From contig JBITNC010000001.1 in NCBI GenBank assembly GCA_050084985.1, positions 152,334,001 through 152,398,000 on the forward strand: DNA of 64,000 bases. The letters are read 5' to 3'. Position numbers and translations under genes: made by a program. Every line of letters begins with the position of its first letter. Within the stretch, counting starts at the first letter, position 1. Shown here one piece after another: positions 51,033 through 64,000 of this stretch. The notes below the pieces were generated by a model. It was not told where the DNA came from, did no database searches, and saw nothing but the letters and a program-made list of their open reading frames with translations. Source of the DNA: Nageia nagi (Eukaryota; Plantae; Pinophyta).

Positions 51033-53202
51033 GCAAGCACCAATTCTACCCTTTGTCGAACTTGAACAATCTCTAGCAGTGATGTTTTGATTATAAATAT
51101 TTTAACAAAGCCTTTACTGATGGAAAATGTCTTGTAGGTTTAGGTTGTGTAGCTTATCTAAAAGGAAGAGTTGAAAATTATGTGGAATGGTATTTAGTTA
51201 CAACTTACATGCTAAGAAATAAAAAAGAGTTTGTATCTATAAGGAGATTCATATGGATGTAGCCATTTTATATGAGGTTTTATACGACTGAACTTTTTGT
51301 TTGACACATGTTATAAAGGTCTACACAGATTCCATTCATACAGATCTCTTATTAAATGTAAATATTATAATATATTTTCAGCTTCTCAGGATTAACATTC
51401 ATGTAGCATATAATATATATTTTTTGCATATATTGTATTATAGAGCTGCAGGTCACCTTCCCTTTATTTTTCAGCGTTGACTGTCATAGAGAAAGGTTGC
51501 CTTATCCTTCCCGAGTTGTATTGTCTATGTATTTGAAGAATTTGTTTGTTGATGATATGAGACTCGTCATATTTCACCTGTGCATTTGTGAATTGTTGCT
51601 ATTGTGATTTCTTCTATTGTTTCTATGCTATCATCACTGCCACCCTTTAAAGTTTGAACTATTTTTTTTAGGTTGTCCTTAGGTCCTCTACTTTTATTAA
51701 GTTCCCATATAACATTTAGAATAAATAGCATCTTCAAAGGAAAGCAGAAAAAAATGCATCTCCCAAGAAGAACAATTTTTTTTTTATCATGTTTATTAGA
51801 GAAGAAGAGAAAGTCTAAAATTGAACTCTAAAAATCTGGGAAATCCTTTCTTCAACAATTGAACATCTGATAGCTCATCCTTGTTCTTGAAGGGCTTATT
51901 AGTCTGGAGGATTGCAGATAATTATTCACATTGTATATGAAGAATTAGCAATATATCCATTTCTGCTCCTGCCACACACTTTTTCAAAATTTCAAATGTT
52001 GGTGAACCTCCCTCTCTCAAACAACAGCATTTTTAGTTTTTTTTGCAGTTGAAAAAATTGTTCCTAACAGGGTTACGTGGGAATACGTTCCCCTTGGAGG
52101 AAGTGTTCCCGCTATCTTTTGAATGTCATGGGGAACATCCAGAATCATTTCCCTATAAAATTAAATAAAAGGATGCAAAACAGATTGGTGAGACCCACCA
52201 ATGTCCTTTAACCCCTCCAAACCCTAAAATGACTTATATAGCCATTCCAAAATAAAAATAAAAATTTGAAAATTCCAGGAATTGTTACTAGTATTACTTG
52301 TCCTTCCCCTGCCGTTCCCAGGGCATTCCCAAAAATGACTTTCCTGTTCCCTGTTCCTGGGAATGCGTTCTCCCAGGGCATTTTGGCAATTGTTAATTAT
52401 TGAAGTTATTTTATTTTTCGTACCCTGATATATGATAGAAATGCAACTGGCAATCCTTTGTTACATTTGAAAGACATTCTAACAAAAATAAGTTTGAAAG
52501 ATGTAGTTTTTCAAATATCAACATTTCTCCTCTTTACAATTATTAATATGAAACTATTCATTGTGCATTTTGTAAAGTTTTCATCTCTTGTATCATTGCT
52601 GTCGCTTGTATAATTATAATGCTCTGTTTTTATTCTGTTTGGTTTATTTCATTATGATTAGATATTCAGTTTAGACAATTTGTTGATGTGGATTGAAAAA
52701 ATATCTAATTTTAGAGCACCTTTTAGTAGTTTCTATGTCAATGGTAATATTCCTGAGATCAATGGTCAATGAATGGTTTTGTTCTTTGGCACCATGCCAT
52801 AGGATGACATGTGAAACCTGTACGTCGTTTTGCAAATCTTGTTGTGTACATCATTTAGAAGAAAAATGGAGATGCTTTTACAGTTTTATGAATTTAGTAT
52901 TTACTTTAAAATAGATAGACTAAAAAATATTTTATAATATTTGATATGGACCCAGTTGATATATGTTATGTAACTGTAGAAGTAGGTTATGGTAGGGTAA
53001 ATTTGAGCTGTGGAAGGATGCTTGTAAATGGGAATGGAGGGAAACATTTGCAAAGCTGCATAAATAACTTGATCCAACATTTTATTGTGGTGAAACAAAG
53101 TTCATCCCTTTGTTTTCAGATACAGTGTTTTATATGTGATGATTGTTTGAATGTTCTTGTATATATGCAATGATGCATGATTTTATTTTTCTGCTAGTGC
53201 AG

Positions 53203-53259
53203 AATAAAGAAGGTGGTTTTGCAACTTATGAATTGACGAGATCCTATCCTTGGTTAGAG
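53203..53259 (+). CDS. CAS1: CAS1 exon (57 nt; NKEGGFATYELTRSYPWLE)
   Basis: gtgcAG acceptor, GAG|GTGAG donor, conserved OSC sequence. Confidence 0.95.
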
Positions 53260-55639
53260 GTGAGATTTATATTAATCCCAGATTGGTCATTTCTGATGTC
53301 TTTTATAATGGTGACATCTGGAAATATTTGTACCAGTCTGGCTTTTGTTTTTTTTAACTTAATCGTTTGATTAGTGCAAAACTGCAACTTATTTTCGTTT
53401 GGTTCTGTATCAAACTCTGCTCTTGCGCAATATGACTTACGGAAGGATTTTATTTATGAATCTTTTCCTTCAAACATTACATAGCTTTGATCTGCATAAG
53501 TATCTCATTGCTTTTGTTTCTTGCACATGGAATTGATTTCAAGTGCTCCACTTCCCCTTTGTGGTGCAGCCTGAAATTTCTGCCTGCCTGATATATTACA
53601 ATCAAGCAAGTAACCGAGATCCATTTCTTGTGAATGCCTAATCAGATTCTCAAATCAAATTGCCAATTGGCAAGGTTCCCAATGGTTGACAACCACCTCA
53701 CACCATAAAAATTAAAAAAATACACCATAATTAGTGCAAATATGCATCATATTATTGATTTGTTCAGTATTTCATATTTATGTACAATCGTGAAAATAAT
53801 GTCTACACAATTTATTCCCGATGTCATTTCAAGATAAATCAGTGAATATAGTTGATGAAATTCAATCGTCATCTCAATGAATAGTGAGAAAATTTGTATG
53901 CTGAAGGGCATCACTATGAACTAATATGGTTATTTATCCTAATGATGGTTACTTTTTGTAATCTGTCAGGGCTGGCCAAGAAATGCCGAATTTTCATTTT
54001 ACAAATATTTATCCATGTTCTCAACTTATCAGTAAGTAGTATATACAATATTCGGACATGTACTTAGCTTTTCTGAGTAGTAAACAAATTGGGCAGTTGT
54101 GTTAAATTTTGCATGACATTTTATCAAATTCCCTCTATAATTTAGTCTTAAATTTGTGCAGGATTTGGGCTGTTTTTGATGGTCAAAATTTTTAATAGTC
54201 ATGTCATATAGAAGCTTCATTTAAAGGATTGTTTGTGGGGAAAAGTCGTGGCTAAATGTTTTTCAATTTGTCTCTTGGGGGGGTTTTCATGCATGGAGTA
54301 CAAAGAGGATTTAGACCTTGTTGATACCCAGACTTGAATTTCGTTTTTCATTGCCAAATTGATCTTTAGATCAAATAATGAAACTATGATTAGAGAATTT
54401 ATGACAGAACTGAATAAAAACACCTTTGGGATCATATTGCTGTGGTCTCTGTCAATTATGTAGCTTATAACGCATCCAACTCTTCATAGAACCAGATGGA
54501 CGTGTCGCATCAGCACTGCTGACTACATTAAAAAGTTTACTCTATGCAATTGGGGTTTATAGGAGGATTACACGAATCCCCCAATATAATAAAAAAATTA
54601 TGTATCCAACTCTGTAATTCAAGGATTATCCATGTTTATATTATTAGGAAGTCTTTTTGAACAATGTCTACATATTTCTGTCAGAGACAGAAATCACAGA
54701 CTGCTCATATATTTGCATTGTTTTGTGCTTCTAATCCTTTAGTGGTTCCTTGGGTTTAACTCTCAAATGAAGATTAAAGAGAAATGTTTCCAACCTTTGG
54801 AGTTGCAATCTTAAGTTGCATCGCACCACTATGCCATTTTGAATCATAAGGAAAACTCCTATAATCTATTGACTTTTACATGTGATATCATGTTTACCTG
54901 AACCTAAACTTAGTCATATTTTTGCTACATCAGTGTAGTCAAGATTTTTGTAACCATTAGACGTAAGTTTTTTGGGTGTTTTTTTTTCCTACCCTAAAAG
55001 GATGAGAAAAAATGTCAACACCTCAGGTTGAAGGGTGTCACCCCTTCCCGTTATGGGGACTAGTTACCCAAAGGTCACTCCACTTATGTTGCGAGAATAA
55101 GACTCAAGGAATGGCTGAGATGTTTGAAGCTACCACCAATATGAATATCATGTGTGGATCAAGGGACTCGGATTTATACCTATGGTTCAACAATGCTATT
55201 CCAGAAAATGCTAAAAAAAACAAATGGGTGCGAAAGCCGTGCCAATAAAATGAAAAAGTGGCGAAGAGACAGTGGGTATAAGGATATGAATAATATGCAT
55301 GCGTACTCATGGGCTTGGATAAGGCCTTAAAAGTTGACTTGTTCGGTTTCGGAGTAGGTTCCATGCACCCTACAGCCGTCGCACTAGCCAACAACACCAA
55401 TGGTCTAGTGGAAGGAGCATGAAGCTGTGGCAAAGATGGTGAAGGATGGGATGGAGGTAATCTTCGATGATTTGGGTGAAGTTCCTACAATGAGCGACAT
55501 GAACAAGATATTCCAAAATATTCAAAGCTTGAATTGCTGATGATAAAGTATTATTAACAATATGTCATTCAACCACTTCGAAAGATATACAAGCACTCTG
55601 GAACTGAGTTCAAGATCCTAGTTACTGTGATTTCTCCCT

Positions 55640-58156
55640 TTAAGTCCTTCTAGATCTCATACTCCCATCCATCGTTTCTCATAAAGAAACTATCCCATCT
55701 CCTTTCAATTTTCCACTTGGGCTATCCTCTCGATCCATGCTACCTCCCCTTGAGCCGTGGGTCTATGCTTACCATGAAGCAACAAGTATACCAAGTATGA
55801 GTTGAGGTAGAATTTGCGTGTAGTGGCCATAGATTACAATTGTTTTGCAAGGGTGTCACTGAACATCTTGCTCCATTTGATCTTCCTTTCTTTCGCCATC
55901 TCGACAATGAAGCCAAAGAACTCCTTCCTAAATTTAAAGCCATCTTCTTTTTTTAGGATTCTTGACAACATCAAAATCAACTCTGCGGCGGGGTAGAAGT
56001 TGTTGCGAGGGGCATTGATGAGAGCATTTCCCTTAAGGCCATGATGCTCCTCCAGCATCCAATCTCTGATAGCAACGACCGCTTTGTTGGTCCTTTGGTA
56101 ACAAGCAAGTGATTCTACTTCACTGTACTCGAAGCTTCCTTTTGCTGTCCACTGAAATGCTTTCTTGATGGCTTTGGGGCTGAAGTCCATGATGACATCC
56201 CCCTTGATGTCCCTAAGCACCCTCTCGCCTTTTTTCCAATGTTGGCTCACTTCCATGCACAATTCTGGGAAAGGGGCTATGAATGGGACGAAGGTGGTAG
56301 TGGAAAGACCTGAGAAGAACACCACATAAGTGGCAAATCCGTTCTTTGAAAATATGGCCCCTTATGCTAGGGGCTCTCGCCTCTCACATATCGAGAGAGT
56401 ATAGTCTTGTGTCAACGTCTCCAAATCCCTTGCAATCTCTCTTGCTGAACTACTCTTGGAAGTGGTCATCTTGGCTGAGTAGGTGATGAAAGCCTCCGAA
56501 AGTGATGCGCAGGTCTTCCAAGGGTGAGATTGTTCCAACGTTAGCCTTGTATTGCCTCCAAACCACTTGGGCAAGCCTACAAAGGTGGTGGAATGAATTC
56601 GAAGCCCTAAAAATGTTTGCTTCCTGCAATTTTGGCGTAAAAGGTGAACAGGAGAATGATTTGAATTTGAGAAAAATAAGCCCCAGGGCTTGTATTTATA
56701 GGCAAATTAGGTCTCCAACAAACCCTTGTCGGCCATGCATGTTGAGGAATTCATCTTGATTGTCTAGATGGCCGACCTCGAGATGTGTACACATTTAGAA
56801 TTTAATACTTGGCCGCTGAAAACCAGATGTGAGGGTGAGCGATGTAGTTCAAGATGGGCGCATGCCCATAAAAGACAAGATTTTGTCTTTCTGGATCATG
56901 CGCTCAACTTGGGAGTGCATGCTCTTGGTCTTTGGTCACCCTGGCTCCTTGCTCGTTCGTCTTGATCTTTGTACTCATGATGGGACCTTAAGTTGTTCAA
57001 ATTTGCCCTTTTTGGTGTCCAGACTTGTCAAATTTCATCTTCATGCTCAACTAGGACAACTCTTAGGCCAGGTGCACTTTTTTGAAAAGACAAGATTTTG
57101 TCTTTTTGAAACGTGAGCCCAACTCTCCAGTCATGCTAGTTGGAGTGCATGTCCCAGAAAGTCCAGATTTTGTCTTTTTGAAACGTGAGCCCAACTCTCC
57201 AATCATGCCAGTTGGAGCGTATGTCCCAGAAAGTCTAGATTTTGTCTTTCTGAGGCATGTGCTAGGCTGCACTTGCTCAGTTTAGCTTGTTTTTGGCCTT
57301 CTGCAATTAGGACTTAGTCAATTTTCACCGTTTTTGCCAACTTGATGTCTCCTTGGGTCAGGCGCATGCTTTAGGAAGTTTGGATTGTCTTTTTAAACCA
57401 TGCGCCTGCCCCTCTTGTCATGTTTGAGCTAGATACTAGCTTTGAGGCTCCATGCCTTAGCCAAATATCACCGTTTGATCAAACTGGATCGCATGCTCTC
57501 AAAAGACAAAATTTTGTCTTTTTGAAGCATGCGTTCACCTCCTGGGTGCTTCATCTTCACTTTCTTATCTTCGAACTTGACCTAGACGACCTTTGGGGTT
57601 GGGTACATGCCCCCAAAAGACAAGATTTTGTCTTTTTGAGGGGTGCGCCTGCTTAGAAGTGCCCAAAGTTGTCTTGTTCATCTTTCATTTTGACCCGGAT
57701 GCCTCCCAGACCCAAGCGCATGTTTCCAAAAGAAAAGATTGTCTTTTTGAGGCATGTGCTTGGCCTAGGAGTGGCCCAGTTTGCCTTCTTCAAACTTGAT
57801 TCCAACTTGGACAGCCCCTAGACACGAGCGCACATCCCAAAAAGAAAAATTTGTCTTTCTAAGGCATGTGCTGGGCCTAGGGGTGGCCCAGTTTCACTTG
57901 AGTCGACTCCGACTCGACTTGGGTTTCCCTAGCTCGCCTAGGCTCGACTTAAGATTTTTAGAATTAGCCATTTTTGAAGGATTTTGACTTTTACTCTAAT
58001 ATGACTAGGACCAGGTGAGTGATAACACTTAGGCTTGGGATGATAGGCATGGTACCCAAGGAAGTGGAGATTTTAAAGACTCAACGCAAGGACATGATGT
58101 TGGATAGACCTGTGTTGCGGTGAGTCCCACTGGGGTTTGTTGTGTAAGTCACAACA
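55640..58156 (-). mobile_element. 3'-truncated member of the terminal-palindrome family with accessory ORF (left end approximate)
   Basis: Terminal TGTTGTGTAAGTCACAACA at 58138-58156. Palindrome array at 56856-57880. TATAAATA on the minus strand at ~56694-56701. ORF PFIAPFPELCMEVS..RVLRDIKGDVIMDFS..FYLNSYLVYLLL. Confidence 0.78.
56856..57880. repeat. Array of GCGCATG..AAAAGACAAGATTTTGTCTTTT..CATGCGC palindromes, including a 72-bp tandem
   Basis: About 9-10 copies of the AAAAGACAA/TTGTCTTTT hairpin core. Tandem at ~57094-57250. Confidence 0.85.
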
Positions 58157-58369
58157 AGTTCCTTTGTTTACCTTGCTTATGCATTTATTTTGTTTCATAC
58201 CTCAGCAAGATTTGGCGACCATTTATGTTTGTTAGATGTGAGCCATTCCTTAAATTGGTGTTTAATAAAGATGGTTTTATCTGCATGTTATCATTTTCAT
58301 GCTTATAAGAATAATATACTTGATCCAGATCTTATGATTTGTATTAATTGTTTCTGTTTGTATTTGTAG

Positions 58370-58416
58370 TTAATCAACCCAGCAGAGACATTTGGAGATA
58401 TTGTTATTGACTATTC
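58370..58416 (+). CDS. CAS1: CAS1 exon (47 nt; LINPAETFGDIVIDY + 2 nt)
   Basis: ttgtAG acceptor, TC|GTATGT donor. Matches plant CAS LINPAETFGDIVIDY. Confidence 0.95.
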
Positions 58417-58546
58417 GTATGTATTCTACATGTTTCTCTTTGTTGAAAATTCATGGATTTATTACTTGTATTTTTTTATATGTGACATTTGGTAATTAAT
58501 ACTTTACAACCTTCTGTTACAACTATTTATTGTTTGTAATTTTCAG

Positions 58547-58690
58547 GTATGTTGAGTGTACTTCAGCAGTCCTTCAAGCTTTGGGAGCATTTAAGAAGCA
58601 ATATCCAACTCATCGTTCAAAAGAGATAGGAATATCAATGTCAAAAGCTGCTCATTATATTCAAACTATCCAGAGGCCTGATGGTTCATG
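58547..58690 (+). CDS. CAS1: CAS1 exon (144 nt; S-YVECTSAVLQALGAFKKQYP...IQRPDGSW)
   Basis: tttcAG acceptor, TG|GTATG donor. Contains YVECTS and the QW repeat QRPDGSW. Phase 2 matches the previous exon. Confidence 0.95.
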
Positions 58691-61018
58691 GTATGCTCAA
58701 TTACCAAGAGAAATGTCATTATAGCTAATCACACTAAAATATTTCCTGGGTAGGAGAAATATGAGAGAATGTCAATTTATACCATTTAACCTGTCCTCTT
58801 CCTCTAGGAATAAATTAACTCTGATTTGAAGTTATAATAACCCCACAAAGGACTTTAGGATGGCCTCAACGTTATATTTTTGAAGAACCACGTTACATTT
58901 TAAAGATTTATGGCATTGTTTAAAAATATTGGTGATGGGGGAGATGATGGAGAAGTGTTTCTACTTTCTACTCCTGTTGCTCTAGTATCATGGATGGGCA
59001 GACCAATTATAGTCATTGATGTCATTATGCATGTATAATGGGCCAAACATTTTCACAGCTGTAGATGTAACTTTCCAATATCAGATTTTATTGAAAGCAA
59101 CATGGGAGATTTGGCTCTCCTATGTGGTCTATGTAGTGACTGATTCAATTGTAATCTGCAAACCAACAGGGATGAGGGTGCATCAAACTAGAAACATATG
59201 TTTAAACTCTTTCATGCGTGTCATGTTGAACACCACATTAAAGCAAAATGAATAGGTAAAAAGGTGATTTAGATGCAAGGGATGTGTGAATCGCTAACTG
59301 CAACCACTAATGAACTTGGCTGTTGTTAAGTAGTTTTTAAGTTTTCTTTTCTAGCATTGTAAAGTCTTTGGCTACATCTTATACTTGTGACTTTTAAAAT
59401 AAAAAAATGTTAGATGTTATTGATTATAAGTTTTGTTTTGTGCTTGTACTTTCTTTTGTCCAGTTTTAAGAACTGTCGTTGAACTCTTTTGGAGGAAGTA
59501 ATTGCCCAATCCTGTATTTGTAGTATTTGGTTGTGTGCATAGTAGCAAAAATCGCCAAAACTTGGTGACTGCTTGCAAATCTTGAGTCAGATGGCTCAAG
59601 GCAAGTAACCACCACCCAACTTGTCAGGTCACCACTTTTTTGCGACAATTGATAAGCTTTTTAAAAACCTTGCAAGTACTTTGGGTAGCTCAAGAGTCAA
59701 AACAAGTAACCACCATTCAACTTTGCAAGTTTTCACTTTTGAAACGATTGTTTTGAAAACCTCACAAGGGCTTTCAAGTCATTTTTCTGGTTTGTGTATT
59801 TCTCTCATAGATGACGAATTAAAAGTAACTTAGAAACATTAAAAGAACCTAGATTTCTAATAATATGTAGTCTTCAAACTTGTTGAATAGCAAAAAATGG
59901 TGTGAGAAAAACAAGAAAATAATAGCTGTAGGAAGTCAAAATCATGATCTTCTAATTGTGCATGATTTCCAACAATATTTGCAGATAAGAAGTGTTTTCT
60001 TTTTGTGTAAATAGTATTTTTTTAAGACCTAAGGATTTTTGTCCAATTTATACATTAAATATAAAGTCCACAATAGTTTTTGTTTCTTTTCCTTTGCAGT
60101 TGCCTGCTAAGTTTTATTTTTTACTTTGTATTTGCAGTTAGGGTTTTTGTAATTTTGATTTTTTAAGATTAATGTTTCAAAGAAGAACCCTTGTTGAAAG
60201 CATTGCAAATCAGGTAAGAAACTTGGGCAATGCATATGCAATTATTGTGATGGTCTCATAAATGTAAACATCAACATAATGAAATATCACCTTGCATTAC
60301 TTTGTTGCAATGTTGATGATCTATAATCCCCTGAAGCCTATGGCTTACTAGGATTCTCAAATACAAATTTTCCTTTCTTAGGGTTTTTATCTTACTCTTC
60401 TATCTCATAAAATTGCTTGTATATGTGATATAATTATTGAAATGAATGAAGTAACAATAATGAAGAATATCACACACACAAATTGACACAAATATTTATA
60501 ATGGTCCCCCTCAGTGTGAGAGTACATCCACTTCTAATAGAGCTTTGATATTTGAATTGAGCAAATGAAGCATTGCAACAATAAGAGACATGTATGTTGC
60601 TTTCTTCAAGAAGAACAAGTTGCAACACTTCTCCTATATCAGTCTCCTAATGATCTCAAACATCAACAATGGCTCAAGAATATTTTACAATTTCAAAAAT
60701 AGCATCTCAACATTCAACTTGGTTAAACAACTTGTACAATCACACCTACAGGAAATATAACCTCGGATCATTGTCCCTTTGCGTACAATTTGACTCTCCA
60801 ACTCCCAAAAGACCTGAAATGATTGAAATCGCTTCAACTTCCACTTCAAAAATCCTAATCCAATGACGTCAATGTTATAGGAGGTTGTAGGCATGATGTT
60901 GGCGCTATCCTTCTTGTAGATCCATGTCACCAAATTACAATGGAATATGCATGAAGATTCCTGGTATCAATCTTCACTCCAAGTTATCTGATCTTCAAAG
61001 TAGACCCTTTTGGATCGT

Positions 61019-64000
61019 TGTAATGATCCAAAATGGATCTCAAACCAAAATTTAGTAAACAATGATCAAAGACATTAACTAGGGCTTCCAACTCCCTTAA
61101 CAATGCATCCACAACACCAGCGTTGGGCCTTTAGGGCACCAAACACAAACAATGCTGACGTCAGCCCTCCAAGGTTACGAAATTCATTACACACCCAATG
61201 AATGCTCACAATGATGATTATACAAGTTTACAACATCAATGATGGCCACAATATGGAAAACCAACATAAACAAATACCACAAACACCACAACAATGCCAC
61301 AAGAACAGAATTGACAACACAAAATGAGATTTTGTGCCCAACGGCTTGTATTATGATAAAGAATGGAAAACAATACAAAACCCTGTTCAAAGAGCTGGAC
61401 GTTGGCCTTACAGGAGCCAACTAAGGCACAACAAGATGAAACCCTCATTGCAATCTGCCGAACCATAGGATTAGATCCACCCCCTTAGACCTCGATTCCT
61501 CTCCACTGAAGGAGCCCTCCTCGAACGCTGGCGACCAACAAAATGGTAGAGATGTATCCTCGGAATGCCATCGGAATGGGCTGGGTGACCCACCAAAGCC
61601 ATAGATAGTCAGGGATCCCAACGCCTACCTAACCTCTAGAAAACCCGCCTAGGATGTGTTACTTAGCACCACTAAGTCTTATGCCTTAAGGTTTGGTATC
61701 ATGAAATATAATCAATAGTCTACATTAGCAATGAGGCCCTTATGTCTTTATATTTTCCTTATGTCTGGAGCTCACCTTGAAATCATCCCAAACCCCTCTT
61801 AATCCAACGTTGGGTCAAGATGGTCAAACCAGCCAACATGGGGGTCATAATGGCCTAGTGTGCCGACGTGGGGGTCATAAAGGCCTTTTATGCTGACGTG
61901 GGATCCATGATGGCCCAAATAGCTGACGTGGGGGTCCATGAGTGCTCAAGTGTCCATGTGGGGGTGTGGGACCCTCCCCAATGCAGTGCAATCATGCTGA
62001 AGTCTGTCCAGCCCATGAACACATATAGACATCGGGATTCCCACAATCCGGGATCTCCGTACAACTCACAAACCAAAACTACTACTCAAGAGGGAGACGT
62101 CCCACTTGGGGCTCACAGTGTGGTCCACAAGACCCATTATAATTCCTGTCCTGAGTTACAATGAAGTACATGAAGACACACTAAATTGATATATTACAAG
62201 ATGACCCAATGGGTCCCATTACATGTTCAAGGGGAATGTTACAATCATATCTCTCCAACAAGGAGGTTTTTGGCCCCCAAAAGCTCACTTTTGAAGAAGA
62301 TGAGGAAATAATTCCCCCACCTCAGTCTTGTCATACCACTTGGCATTATTAGGCATCTTTCCTTTCAATCCAATCAATCAGATTTCTTGTTGACCCCTCC
62401 TTGTAGTACAAACTTTCTTTTGCAATATTGTATCTTCTCTAAGTGCATTCATAATATTTGGAGATAAGTCATCAACTAATGGCAAAACTTGTCGCAACTC
62501 TTCCTCTTCTTCAGTAATCATGGATGGTTCAAACAACTTCAAATTCTCCACATTAATAATTGAATAGATATTCATATAGGTAGGTAGATTCAATGTATAT
62601 GCATTCTCACTCGCTCAACAATATCAAATGGTCTATACCTTATAGGTTTCAACTTCTTAGCTGATACAACCAAACATTGTCTCTCATTTGGAACTTATGG
62701 TCAACTCTATCTCTCACTTGGAACTTATGGTCAACTCTATGATTGTCATGTCTCAACTTGTATTTGGATTGGCTAGCTTCAAGTTGTTCTTGCACTTTCA
62801 AATGAACATGCCTAATTTTGTCAATGAATTTCTTAGCTTGCTCTCCTTCTTTCAAGAATGATTCTTCTTTGTCCCTTTGCTTCCCAAAAATGCTGTCAAA
62901 AGATGATGGTGGAAGATAACCAAAACATGTCTCAAATGAAGTTTTATTTGTAGATATATGAATTGTCCTATAAAAATGTTGGATATACACAAGATGCTCA
63001 TCTCAAGTCTTTGGATGCTTGCCACAATACCCTTTCAAGAGTTGAACTACTATTCTATTCACTATTTCGGTTTGTCCATCAATTTGAGGATGAAACCAAT
63101 TCTTTTTAGCCTTGTGTCCATCCTTTCCCACAAACAACTCCAAAATTTGCCCAAAAATCTAGAGTCTCTAATTGAAACAATAGAATTAGGCAACCCAAAA
63201 TGAACCCATACATGAGAAAATAAAAGGTCTGCTGCTTCTTGTTCAGTAATGGTCTTCTTACATGGGATTAAAACACACATCTTGCCAAACCTATTCACCA
63301 CTACAAACAAATAATCATGTCCTCTCTTGGACATAGACAATCCACCTACAAAATCCATGGAAATACTCTCCCAAGGGCAATTTGGAACTAAAAATGGCAT
63401 ATACAAACCCAATTTCTTATTGCTAGGTTTGCTAGTCCAACACATTACACATCCTCCAATGTACCTTGCAACTTGATCTTGCATTTTTGGCCAATAGACA
63501 TCCCTTTTCAACTTAACAATTGTCTTCCTAACTCTAAAATGTCTAGTAATCTAGATGAATGTGCCTCTCTAATCATTTGGATTCTCCTTCAGGAATACAC
63601 ACATTATTGAACTCATAAAGAAGTCCATCTTTGAGATGAAAATGTTCCATTCCTTCACAAATCGGTTTAGATGACTATTTCAGCTTTGATAAACTTCCTT
63701 AAAAATAAAAATCTTGCAAATATGCCTCATGGACGAATGAAAAAAAATTCATGACTATTACATAAACCAAATTTCTTTGTAGGCAAAACATTGGTGCTGT
63801 AAAATTTGCAGAATAGGGCATCAACATTGTGAATGCTACAATTGGAGGTTTGGAAAGCATGTTTGTAATCTTGTTTATGCTGCCTTTCTTGTACTTGATG
63901 ATCAGATGGAATTGTTGTAGAAAACCCATCCAACGGAAATGCCATGTTGCAATTTAAATTGAGTTTGCAAATATTGCAATGGTTGATGATTAGTATAGAT
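61019..64000 (-). mobile_element. Ty3/gypsy element: 3' LTR (61019-62243), PPT, integrase and end of RNase H; continues beyond the window
   Basis: LTR TGTAATGATCC...GAATGTTACA. Integrase motifs YWPKMQ..C..C, PWESISMDFVGGL, HFGLPNSIVS.RDSRFL, LP.YM.IYSIINVENLK. RNase H end GFLQQFHLIIKYKKG. Confidence 0.92.

Noticed and set aside
52068-52390. hAT-like MITE (CAGGGTT start, many GTTCCC motifs)
   Set aside because: No convincing matching TIR or 8-bp TSD found.

Overview
Eukaryotic, plant-type DNA: AT-rich with very large transposon-filled introns, which suggests a gymnosperm/conifer (an inference, not shown). The window lies inside one + strand gene, a 2,3-oxidosqualene cyclase with cycloartenol synthase (CAS1) signatures. 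Nine internal exons (1,063 coding nt in total, 19362-58690) splice into one open frame from GRMWCHCR to QRPDGSW. The 5' and 3' exons were not found, so the gene probably extends past both window edges. It has a DCSSE variant of the catalytic DCTAE motif, one GC-AG intron and an AAG acceptor on the catalytic exon. The introns hold nested, decayed retroelements, many delimited by target-site duplications (TSDs): two gag-protease-only (TR-GAG-like) LTR elements, several solo LTRs, an APE-RT-CCHC LINE, copia and gypsy pol remnants, an L1 ORF1 and a hAT MITE. The most unusual item is a four-member family of solo-LTR-like units with TGTTG...CAACA-type ends. They start with an 18-19 bp terminal palindrome and carry arrays of ~50 bp hairpin repeats. 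Two members also carry a TATA box followed by a homologous non-gag/non-pol ORF; in the 6.7 kb member this ORF lies entirely inside the TSD-bounded unit.
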